This document shows, in pieces, positions 24,085 to 35,239 of a stretch of DNA of 64,000 nt. Made by a program: the position numbers and the translations under genes. The DNA comes from Zygnema circumcarinatum SAG 698-1b (Eukaryota > Plantae > Zygnematophyceae). The notes beneath the pieces were generated by a model, which was given only the letters and a program-made list of their open reading frames with translations, was not told the origin of the DNA and searched no databases. Within the stretch, counting starts at the first letter, position 1, and every line of letters starts with the position of its first letter. The stretch is taken from positions 2,604,001 to 2,668,000 of the forward strand of contig CM074812.1 in the NCBI GenBank assembly GCA_037447605.1, given 5' to 3'.

Positions 24085-27000
24085 TTACATTTTTGCCCTC
24101 AAAGGTTTACTTTCAAGCGTCGGAGCATCCGTCATTTCTTCAAATTTTTTCCTCAAAACTCGCCTCATGACCTTGTTGGATGCGTTCCGCGGAAGCGACG
24201 GCGAAATTTCCACGGTGTGAACCTGCAGGAAGGAAACCCTCGATAAAGTAAACCCTAAAATTTCAAGTCTTAAAAAAAGAAAAAAAACATAAAGTAACAT
24301 AAACATAAACATAAGTTAATCCTTCTCTCACCTTAAAGAGTGGGTTGAGCTTCGCCTGAATGGCTTTCGACATGAGAGTTTTGAGCCTCTCCCTCTCTCT
24401 CTCTCTCTCCCTCTCTCCTCTCTCTCCCTCCTTCACTACCGCCACTACCACGAGCTGCTCCGGGCCACCTCCCTTGGGGGGAACGCCAATGGCTGCCGTT
24501 TCTATGATAGATTTGTCCGCTCCGTTACAGATCCTTTCAATCTCAACGGAACTGACCTGTACGGACAACACATATAACGGAGAAGGGAGAGAACGAATTG
24601 CACGTGAGTATACAAAGAGGAAACACTCCGACCCCCTTTGACTCTCTCTCTTTTATCACTAGGAGGGTTCAAATATTGGAGATTTCACGTTTGGATTTAG
24701 ATTCACAGTCTCCTTATCTTCTTCCTCTCTCTCCCTCTCTCTCTCTCTCTCTGTCTTTCACATCTCTGTCCTATCTCCTCATCACTCTCCCCTCTCACTT
24801 TCCTTTCCAAGTCTCTGAGCCCTTCCCTCACTTTTTCTCTACCATTACCTCTCGCTACCTCTCCCCTCCCTCCCTCATTCCCTCTCTCCATCCATCCCTC
24901 CTCTCCCTCTCCCTCCTCTCCTCCCTCCATCTCCACTTTTGTCCATTCTGCCATCATCTCTCACCTCCTACCCCCTCCCTCCCTCCTTCCCTCTCTCCAT
25001 CCATTTCTTCCCTCTCTCCTCTCCTCCTCTCTCCTCATTCGTCCTCTCTGCCCACACCTCTCTTTCCTCCCTCTCTTCCCTCCTCCCTCCCTTGCTTCCT
25101 CTCCTTCCTCCCTTCCCCTTAAAAACCTTTCGAAACCTTCATGACTAACCAAATTTCGGCCCAACTAATGCCTCAATAACTAATTTTTTGCTCGCGAACT
25201 TCCACTCCCTTTCCTTCCCCTTATTTCTTTTTCTTTGCAGGGAATACAAGCAAGTGGGGTACAATGTATCATGCCTTAATTCCGCCCAGGTTCATTGTGT
25301 CATCCACTCTCCCTCGGGCTCGGAAATATCCACCGACGAGTTCTTCAAATTCGTCTCCGTGTCGGCGCAAAGTCTGCATCTCCAAACCACGAGGAAAACA
25401 AAAAAGTGAAAACCTAAGTTTGTGGTCGAAAAATCAACAAGGAAAACCAGAATTCCGAGTCGTCTGAAAACCTCCAAAACCCTAAAACCCCTCGGACCCT
25501 AAAACCCCAAAACCCTAAAACCCCAAAACCCTAAAACCCCTCGAACCCTAAAACCCCAAAACCCTAAAACCCCTCGAACCCTAAAACCCCAAAACCCTAA
25601 AACCCCTCGAACCCTAAAACCCCTCGAACCCTAAAACCCCAAATCCCTACAACCCCTCGAACTCTAAAACTCCTCGAACCCCAAAACCCATAAACCCTAA
25701 AACCCCTAAACCCTAAAATAAGAGGAATGAAGAGGAGAGTGCGCGGACCCGCGAGCCGAATTTTGGCATTCCCGCGAAGTAGATCGCGTCGTGGTCCGCG
25801 TTGAGGAGAGAGGAGGAGGACCCCAAGAGAGGGGGGAGGAGGGCAAGCACTGCCGTGGAGGGGGGAGACTGGGGGGGAGAGAGGGAGGGAGGGAGGGAGG
25901 GAGGGAGGGAGGGAGGGGGAGGGAGGGAGGGAGGGAGGGAGGGAGGAGGGAGGGAGGGAGGGAGGGAGGGAGGGAGGGAGGGAGGAGGAGGGAGGGAGGG
26001 AGGGAGGGAGGAGGGAGGGAGGGAGGGAGGGAGGAGGGAGGGAGGGAGGGAGGGAGGGAGGGGAGGGAGGGGAGGGAAGGGAGGGATGGGAGGGAGGGAG
26101 GGAGGGAGGAGGGAGGGAAGGGAGGGAGGGAGGAGGGAGGAGAAGAGAAGTGAAGAGAAGAGAAGAGTAGAGAAGAGAAGAGAAGAGAAGAGAAGAGAAG
26201 AGAAGAGAAGAGGAGAGGAGAGGAGACAGGCACACGTGGGAGAAAAGGAGAGGTTAAGTGGGGGGGTGCAGGAGGATATAGAAAAGAGCGAATGGAAAAG
26301 AGTCACAGGACGAGAAACAAAGAGAGAGAAAAAGACGGATAGTGGGACAAAGAGATGACCCTAAAAAAGCCTAGCAAGCACAAAACCCTGAACTCTCACA
26401 ATCCCAAAAAACTTTAAAATCGACATAGTGAGAGCGAAAAGTAGGAGCGACGGAGGGAGAAAGCGAACGAGGGAGAAAGAAAGAGAGAGAGAATACGAAA
26501 GAGAGGGGGGGAGAAAGAGGGAGAGAACTAGAGACGGAGAGAAAGAGGTATAGAGCGAGAGGTGGGGAGAGAGAGGGAGAGAGAACTAAAGAGGGGAAGA
26601 AAGAGGTATAGAGAGAGACAGGAGGAGAGCGAGAGAGAACACTAGAGAGGGGAAGAAAGAGGTATATAGAGAGAGAGAGTGGGAGATAGAGAGAGAGAGA
26701 ACTAGAGAGGGGAAGAAAGAGGTAGCGAGAGAGAGAGAGAGACACACCTCCAGCACCTCTCCCCCCCCCTCGTCCAGCAGCAGCATTTGGCAGCCCATGG
26801 CGGGCGTGCTGAAGCAGGCGAGTCCCTGCGGCTGCAGCATGGAACCCGTCACAAAGGCCCCCGCCAGTTCCGTTCCGCCGCAGTACTCCACAACGGCACG
26901 GAACGCCCCCGCGCGGCCCATCAGCCAGAGGGAGTCGGACGCGTTCGAGGCCTCGCCGGTGGAACTGAAGCACCTGAAATACCGAGGGGGGAGGGGGGGG

Positions 27001-30000
27001 GAGGGTTTAGGGTTTAAGGGGGGAGGGGGAAGGGGGAAGGGTTTAGGGTTTAGGGTTTAAGGTTTAGGGTTTAGGGGGGAGGGTTTAGGGTTTAAGGGGG
27101 AGGGGGAAGGGGGAAGGGTTTAGGGTTTAGGGTTTAAGGTTTAGGGTTTAGGGGGGAGGGTTTAGGGTTTAAGGGGGGAGGGGGAAGGGGGAAGGGTTTT
27201 GGGTTTAGGGTTTAAGGTTTAGGGTTTAGGGATTAAGGTTTAGGGTTTAGGGCGGAGGGTTTAGGGTTTTAAGGGGGAGGGCTTAAGGGGGGGGGGTTAG
27301 GGTTTAGGGTTTAAGGTTTAGGGTTTAGGGGGGAGGGTTTAGGGTTAAGGAGGAAGTGGGCTTAGGGTTTAGGGGGGAGGCGGGGGAGGGGGTAGGGGGT
27401 AGGGTTTAGGTCTTAGGTTTGAGGGGTTAGGGTTCAGGGTTAGGACCTAGGAGTAAAAGTGACTTTTTTTTCCAATCAATGGTTGCCAGAAAAGACTGAC
27501 CTGACTTGACTCGTCTCTCTCTCTTTCTCTCTCTCACTCTCTTTCTCTCTCTCACTCTCTCTCTCTCTCTCACTCTCTCTCTCTTCTCTCGTCTCTCTCT
27601 CTCCCCTCCCTCGCTTCCTTCCCCATGTTTAACAATATTCCATTTTTTTCCGCCCCGTTCACACCTGATGGAGGTCCAGTCGAGTCCGTTGAGGCAGTCG
27701 GAGCCTCGCCACGTGCGAACAAGGGAGGGGACCAATCCCAGCATTGTTACTTTGGCATCCTGCAACCCGAAGAAAAAAAAATATATATATATTAAAAAAA
27801 TCAATAAAAAAAAACCGATGGAGAAGTCTCCGAACCCTATCCCCCGTTCAAGAACTTGAAAAAAAAAAAAACTACGGTTTTTGCCTTTTCTATTGGGGGT
27901 AAAAACTTGTTTTTTTCAAAACCCTAGTCTGCCCATTCACACCCCAGAAGCTCCCTTCACATTCTTTCCCCAAAATTTTCGACCTCCCAAACTCTCCCCA
28001 TTCAAATCCTTTCTCAGTTTACTTGATCTACTTTATGAAATCCAGTTTTCTCCAAAAAACTTAGTTTTCTCCTCCTTATTAATCCCACTTCTTTCCAAAA
28101 AACTTACTTTTCTGCTCCTTACTAATTCCACTTCTTTCCAAAAAACTTACTTTTCTGCTCCTCCTTACTAATCCCACTTCTTTCCAAAAAAATTACTTTT
28201 CTGCTCCTTAGTAATTCCACTTCTTTCCAAAAACTTACCTTTCTTCTCCTCATTAATTCCACTTCTCTCCAAAAAAACTTACCTTTCTGCTCCTTATTAA
28301 TTCCACTTTTTTCCAAAAAACTTACTTTTCTGCCCCGTTTTTTCCCACATACTATACCTGCACAAACTCCCCAAAGGCTCTCCCTGTCGGCGCCCCCTCA
28401 AATAATGCGATTTGCGCCCCATTAATAAGGGCCCCATATATGAGCCATGGCCCCATCATCCATCCCAAGTTGGTCGGCCATGCGACCACATCGCCCGCCC
28501 GCACATCCTGATGGGCCCATGCATCGCTGGCAGCCTTCAGAGGCGCCACGTGGCTCCATGGGATGGCCTTGGGGGTGCCTAGAGACATTACACATCCCAT
28601 AGCGCCATGTTGTCATGTTGTCATGTTGGCAGGTTGCATGCGCATATGTGCTTTGTTTTACCGATGGTTTCCATGGCGTGCATGGTGTGAAAGTGCGGTC
28701 CATGTGTCATGTCACATGCATGCATGCATGCATGGCCATGGCATGCTGACACAGGAGGCGTCATACGGCAAGAAGGTACATGCCACAGACAATGCATACC
28801 ATGTGTTTAAAAATGCTGCACATGCCTCTGCCATGCCATATGCCATGCCATCCTTCATATGCCATGCCATGCCATGCCCTACCATATACCATGCCATCTG
28901 TCATATGCCATATGCCATGTCACAAGGTCAGCAAAAGGCACCTGTTGTTCCGGAGGAGAAGAGTATGTTGCAGGGCGCGTCCGCCGGGACAGCGATCGGA
29001 GCAAACTGCTCGGGGCTGAAAGGGGGCACAAAACCATCCGAAAAAAAACTAAGTATTAAACAAAAACCAAACCCATGTTCTACAACTATACCAAAAAACA
29101 GAAACCACAAACCAAAAACCAAAAACTAAAAAACTAAAAAACTAAAAACTTGAGATCTGAAGGTTGTGAATACTCACTACCCAACTGGAAAATAAATTTA
29201 AATCGACATAAAAAGTAGAGTTTGACTAGAAATGAAGTTACCGGTCGACTCGATTTTTGACTAAGTCGAGAAAGGCAGACCACGACAAGTCGCCCTCCCG
29301 CAGTTCCACTTGCAGCGATTCGCGATTGGAGGGAAGGACGATGGCGGGAGGGGCCTCAGCCTCTACCACACGGCTGGGAGAGGGAGAGGGAGAGGGAGTG
29401 GGAGAGGGAGAGGGACAAAGGGAGAGAGAGGGCAGGGAGAGGGGAGGAGGGAGGAGTGAGGAGAGGGAGGGAGAGGGGACGAGAGAGTGGGAGAGGGAGA
29501 GGGAGAGGGAAAAAGAGGGAGAGGGACAGAGTGGGAGCGAGAGGGCAGGGAGAGGGGAGGAGGGAGGAGTGAGGAGAGGGAGGGAGAGGGAACGAGAGAG
29601 TGGGAGAGGAGAGGGACGGAGAGGGAGCAAGAGGGCAGGGGGAGGGGAGGAGGAGAGGGAGGGAGAAAGGACGGGCGAGTGGGAGAGGGTGAGGGACGGA
29701 GAGGGAGGGGTAGATAGAGGGGGCGAGGGAATGGGTAGGAGGGAGGAAAGTGGGAGGGAGAGGAAAGGGGGGGAGGGAGAAGGAGGGGGAGCAGGAAAAG
29801 GAGAGGACGAGCGAGTGAAAGACGGAAAGGTAGAGAGAAAGTGAGGGGTAAGGAAAGGTGTGCCACTATAAAGGAATTATGTGTGCCTATCTTCCAACCT
29901 GCAAACAGAAATTGATTTCTGCCCCTTCCCTTCCGTCATAGATTACTTCCTAACGAATTCAAAAGCCTACCTGTACAGAGGCAAATTTCGATTTCCACGA

Positions 30001-33000
30001 GAAATTACATCCTGCCATACCCAGACAAAAAAATAAATAAGTGAATACATAAGTATCACCTTAACCATCCTCTCCTACGCGCTACCCAATACTAAGAAAA
30101 ATCCCTAAAATTAGAAACCTAGGAACCGTAAAACTCCCAAATGCTAAAATTTCTTACTATAAAACCCACAAAACCCTAAAAGCCCAAATCTCTTTATAGC
30201 CTGACTCTTTAGAAATATGAAACTCCTCCTCCCTCCCTCTTCCTCTCCCTCCCCCCTCCCCACTCTACCCCCTCCCACCCTCCCCCTTCCCCCTTCCTCT
30301 CTCCCCCTCCCTCTCTCCCCCCTCCCCTCCCCACTCCCCCCCTCTCTCTCTTCCCCCCCTCCTCTCTCCCCCTCGTTTCAAGATTTATCCCTTGTAGACA
30401 TCACCATACAGAATTCCACTCTTTCGTTGTCCTCATCCCTTCATCGCAGACCTGCGTGAAGATGCATTTTGCTCCTCCGATTTTCAGTCGAACGGCGATT
30501 TCCTTGGCAGCAAAACTGTCGGCAACGGAAACTACAACTGCGCCGCATAGAACGACGGCGAGATAGATGATGGCCGCCTCCGCATGCATGGGCATGTCGA
30601 TGGCGATGGGGTCGCCGCTCTTCACCCCCATCTGGCATAGGGCATTAGCCACATGGCTGCGGGTGGGGACAAGGATTAGGGTTTAGGGCTTAGGATTAGG
30701 GTTTAAGGTTAGGGTTTAGGGTTTAGGATTAGGGTTTAGGCTTTATAATTAGGGTTTAAGGTTAGGGTTTAGGGTTTAGGATTAGGGTTTAAGGCTAGGG
30801 GTTAAGGTAAGGATTAGGGTTTAGGCTTTAGGATTAGGATTTAAGGTTAGGATTTAGGGTTTAGGATTAGGGTTTAAGACTAGGGCTTAAGGTAAGGATT
30901 AGGGTTTAGGGTTTAGGGCTAGGGGTTAGAGTTGGGATTAGAGTTTAGGATTAGGGTGTATGGTTAGGGTTCAGGGTTTAGGGTTTAACATTAGGGTTTA
31001 GGGTTAGGGTTTAGGGTGTAGGGTTAGGGTTTAGGGTGTAGGGTTAGGGTTTAGGGTTTAAGATTAAGGCTTAGGGTTTAGGGTTTAGGGTTAGGGTTAA
31101 GGGTTTAGGATTAGGGGTTACGGTTAGGGGTTAGGTTTCAGGGTTTAGGGTTTAGCATTAGGGTTTAGGGCCAGGGGTTAGGGTTAGGATTTAGGGTTCA
31201 CGATCAGAATTTAACGACCTAGGACTTAGGATATAGCGCTAAATGATGAAGGCTCAGGGTTAAGGTTTAGGGCTTAGGGTTTGAGGTTAGATTTAGGATG
31301 TAGGGTACATGTTCACAGTTTAGGGTTACAGTTAAGAAGCTAAGAATGTAGGGTCTGAAGTCAAGCGTTTCGAAGACCCTAACCCTAATTTCTAACCCCT
31401 ATCCCCTACCCCCTAAAGCCTAAACCCTAAACCCTAAACCCTAAACAAGGCGAGGCGGACCTCACCATGCCTTGGCTCTGAGCTCTCCCAAAGTCATCCT
31501 CTTCAGTTCTTTCCCATCCGTGCCCTCCCGTCTCCATGTAATCGCCGTTCTGTTATCGTTCCGTTTTCCGTTCCCTGTCGGCCACAGACACGCCTCCGCC
31601 GCGTTGAAGAGAGCTCCGGGCAGCCATTGGCCGCCCGGGAGGGGTGATGACGTGGCAAGGATACGGAACGGAGGCACATGGAACGGGATGCTCAGCTCGG
31701 AGAAAACAAGGGGCCAGTACACCTGCGGAAGTCCAATAGAAGGGTTTGTAGGGGTCAGAGAGAGAGCGAGAGAGAGGAAGTGAGAGAGTGGGGGAAGGAG
31801 GAGAGGGGGAGGAGAGGGAGTGGGAGAGGGAGGGAGAGAGTGAGGGGAGGAGAGTAGGAGGAGAGGGAGTGGGAGAGGGAGTGAGAGAGTAAGAGGAGTA
31901 GAGTGGGAGGAGAGGGAATGGACGAGGGAGGAAGAGAGTTGAGGGAGGAGGAGAGGGAGTGGGAGAGGGAGTGAGAGAGTGGGGTTGAAGGATAGGGACT
32001 GGTAGAGGAGTGAGAGAGTGGGGGGAGGAGAGGAAGTACGACAGGGAGTGAGAGGGAGTGGCAGAGTCTGGAGGCGACAAGTGGGTTAGGGTTTAGGATG
32101 TTATGTTTAGGGTGTAGGGTTTTGGGTTTAGGGTTTCGGGTTTAGGATTTAGGGTTTTGGGTTTAGAGTTTAGGGTTTAGAGTTCAGGGTTTAGGGTATA
32201 GGGTTTAGGGTTTAGGGTTTAAGGCTTATCGCCGACCTCGGGATGCTGTACGGAGAGGCGGTGCAGCGCCGCGAAGCTTCCGATCGGGTCGGAGTAGGCC
32301 GCGCCCAAGAGCTGCGGTCCGTACTTGGTCAAAAATTGGCCAACATTGGTCATGCGCGCCTCCTCCCTGCAGGCCGTCAGAAAAAAAAAAAAATTATATA
32401 TATATGTACAATGGGAGTCAATATTTATAGCAAAAAAAATCCTAAGCACAGTGAAACCGATACTCTCGTAGGAAAAAACGGAAAGCAAAAAAGGAAGGAG
32501 AAAAGAAGAACTGAGAGTACTCCTTCAATTTCTTCTTCTAGGGGGGAAGGGAGGAGGGCATCAAATCTTAAACCCTCAAAACCCTAAAAACCCTAAAAAC
32601 CCTGAAAACCCTAAACCCTAACCCTAGAAACTGAACACTACTAAACGCTAAACTCTAAAACCAAGCCCTAACCTTAAACCTTCAACCCATAACCCTAAAA
32701 CCTGAAACCCTGAACCTTCAAACCTAATAAAATCTGAACCCTACCCTGACCCTCAACCCTAAACCATAGACCCTAAACCCTCACCTCAAAACCCTAACTC
32801 CTGAACCTTATAAACCTTCAACCTTAAAACCTAAACCTTAAACCCTAATCCCTAAACCCTAACATTAATTCCTAAACCTTAAACCCTAAACCCTTAACTT
32901 TAAACCCGAAACCTTAAACCCTAAATCTTAAACGCTAAACCTTAAACCCTTAACCGCACATCCTAAACCTTAAACCCAAAACCCTAAACTTTAAACCCTA

Positions 33001-33484
33001 AATCCTAAACATTTCACTCTAAATCTTAAACCCTTCACCACAAAACCTTAATCCTAAACCCTAAACCTTCAACTCTAAACATTAAACACTAAACCCTTAA
33101 CCTTAGCCCCTAAACCTTAAACCCAAAACCCAAAACCCAAAACCCAAAACCCAAAACCTTACACCCTACCCTACCTGAACTTGAAACCTCATATAACGCG
33201 GCATTCAAAATCCTAACCCTAATTCCGTACAGTGTGGGCATCCACGCTGGCGGCGGCCCTTGGCGGCTCTCCTCCCATCCTCCGTACACCCATCCGTACA
33301 GCAGTTCGTGCAGAGGAAATGGGTCCGTCGGCTGCAGGATCTGACGGCTGAGAATGTGCCACATGGCAGAAGGAGAGTCCCCGAAATTTCCGTACACATC
33401 CTGTACGGATTGCAATGTACGGACGGAAGCTTCCGGGGTGAGCCCGCAGGCCGTCAGGGCGGCAGTCGTCAGAGGAGGGGCCAT
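24085..33484 (-). CDS. AAE17/AAE18: Acyl-activating enzyme 17/18-like (acetyl-CoA synthetase-like AMP-binding enzyme), about 738 aa, C-terminal PTS1-like -AKM
   Basis: 14 phase-consistent exons: 33484-33231, 32366-32237, 31722-31466, 30656-30452, 30011-29971, 29373-29242, 29015-28942, 28578-28358, 27759-27665, 26973-26748, 25868-25749, 25373-25275 (GC donor), 24556-24332, 24222-24085. Motifs [59 protein letters not shown] and [14 protein letters not shown]. Confidence 0.93.
25478..25720. repeat. Telomere-like (CCCTAAAA/CCCCAAAA) intronic array
   Basis: Units aaaccctaaaaccccaaaaccctaaaacccctcg recur. Confidence 0.85.
27005..27440. repeat. Telomere-like (TTTAGGG)n intronic array
   Basis: G-rich on + strand, interleaved with G runs. 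Confidence 0.85.
28048..28332. repeat. AT-rich ~43-bp minisatellite, about 6.5 copies, in an AAE intron
   Basis: The unit ttccaaaaaacttacttttctgctccttactaattccacttct recurs with variants. Confidence 0.85.
30665..31445. repeat. Telomere-like intronic array (G-rich, then a short C-rich part)
   Basis: ttagggttt variants at 30665-31350, then ccctaaa units at 31377-31445, together filling one AAE intron. Confidence 0.9.
32570..33225. repeat. Degenerate telomere-like (CCCTAAA)n array in AAE intron 1
   Basis: About 650 bp of ccctaaa/ccttaaa variants; a G-rich array at 33495-33710 lies on the other side of exon 1. Confidence 0.9.
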
Positions 33485-33879
33485 GGGCTACTGAGGTTAG
33501 GGTTTAGGGTTTAGGGTTTCGGGTTTAGGGTTTAGGGTTAGAGTTAAGGTTTGGGGTTTAAGGCTTAGGGGTTGGGGGAAAGCGTTAGGGTTAGAATGGT
33601 TTAGGTTTTAGGGTTTAGAGTTTAAGGTTTGAGGGAATAGAGTCTTTTTTTTTAAGGTTTTAGGGTTAGATTGAGGCTTTAGCGTTTCAGGCTTTTTAGG
33701 GTTTTCAGGGAGTGCAGAACTTTAGGATTTTTTCTGGTTTCGAATTTCAGGTTTTATTTTGGTTTAAAGGCTTTCGTTTCGCCGTTTTGGAGCCGGGAAT
33801 CAAAAAAAAAAAACAAAAAAAAATTAGGGCTTGTGTGGAAGCCACGTCGCGAGGCTTCGTCCACAAGAAAAAAAATGAG

Positions 33880-34590
33880 CGTACGGACGTGCTCCTGAAC
33901 GCACCGTACAATTTTTGTACAGAATTGTACGAAGACCTGTACAGTACGAACAATATCTGTACGAACAACGGCTAGCAGTACGCCCCTAATATTTTCGCCA
34001 TGCTTTCGGCAAATATTGGGCCAAAATCTTGGAATTTGAAATTATAAGGTGTTAACAATAGCCGAGCGGTATTATGTTAGAGTCAGACCTATGGCCGTAC
34101 TGTTTCTCTCTGTACGGAAGCGCATGGTCGCCCGGCGGGCGCTGTTGCGAGCTCCTCTGGTGCTGTACATTTAACTACACGAGCTCCTATTGGTGCTGTA
34201 CATATACCGTACTATTTCAAGATTTGATCCGTGATTTTCGTACAATACAATAGCGTGACCCATGTTAGAAATCCGTTTCGATTAACAGATTCTTTATTGA
34301 AAAATAAGTCAGGTTAGGTTAACACCCTAATACATTAACACAAACTTACCGTACTAAAAGTGGTTTCCTCAAAATCAGCGCGAATTTCTTGGGTAACGCA
34401 AGTACTAGGGTGGGAAATATTAGGTCGTGGTACTGTATTTGACGTTCGGATTACAGTTACGAAAGGTCACGACAAGTCATGGCCGTCCGTACCATAGACG
34501 ATACGATACGACTAAGTATAAGTTACGATACGATACGGTACGAAACAAAACAATACGATATGTTACAATGCGATACGATATGATACGGAA
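33880..34590. promoter_or_regulatory. AAE upstream region with a dense GTAC cluster and ATACG pentamer repeats
   Basis: 8 GTAC cores in 33881-33981 and about 10 more up to 34545; degenerate (gatac)n at 34497-34590. Confidence 0.55.
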
Positions 34591-34803
34591 CCTTATTCTA
34601 TCGTTTAGAGGATTTTGAACGCGCAATAGCTATCCGCCACGTTGCGGCTATTTGACCCTTCAATCGCTGTGGGAGATTTGAAGTTTTAGGGAGAGAGAGG
34701 GAGAGAGAGTTGGAGAGAGAGAGAGGTGAGAGAGAGTGTGAGAGGTGAGAGAGAGAGAGTGAGAGAGGAGAGAGAGGAGAGAGCGAGAGGAGAGAGTGAG
34801 AGA

Positions 34804-34834
<31 letters not shown>

Positions 34835-34890
34835 TGGAGAGAGAGGAGAGAGGAGAGAGGAGAGAGGAGAGAGGAGAGAGGAGAGAGGAC

Positions 34891-34947
<57 letters not shown>

Positions 34948-35239
34948 GAGAAAGGAGAAAGAAAGGAGAGGAGGGGGATGTCTTATCTTCGAAGAACTAC
35001 TTGCAAATTTTCACTATCTCCACAACCCTCATCTCAACTTTTCTAAAAAAAAGAACACGAGAAACAAAAAAAAACGAAAATTCGCTTCAAACGCAAACAT
35101 GAAAACTAGCACACACACCAAATCTTGATTTAACAAACTAAAAACTAAATTCTATTAACTAAATCCTAAAAACTGATTTACATAAAATTGCTTTAAACAT
35201 AACGGATTTACAGCAAACTGACCCACATGGAACCCCTCC

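Noticed and set aside
28048-28332. Possible CRISPR array
   Set aside because: Head-to-tail degenerate units with no unique spacers, in a eukaryotic intron, with no cas genes. The same applies to the palindromic repeats at 23399-23534.
30665-31445. True telomere or chromosome-fusion scar (head-to-head arrays)
   Set aside because: The arrays are highly degenerate and sit inside an intron of an intact, phase-consistent gene; similar arrays occur in most genes.
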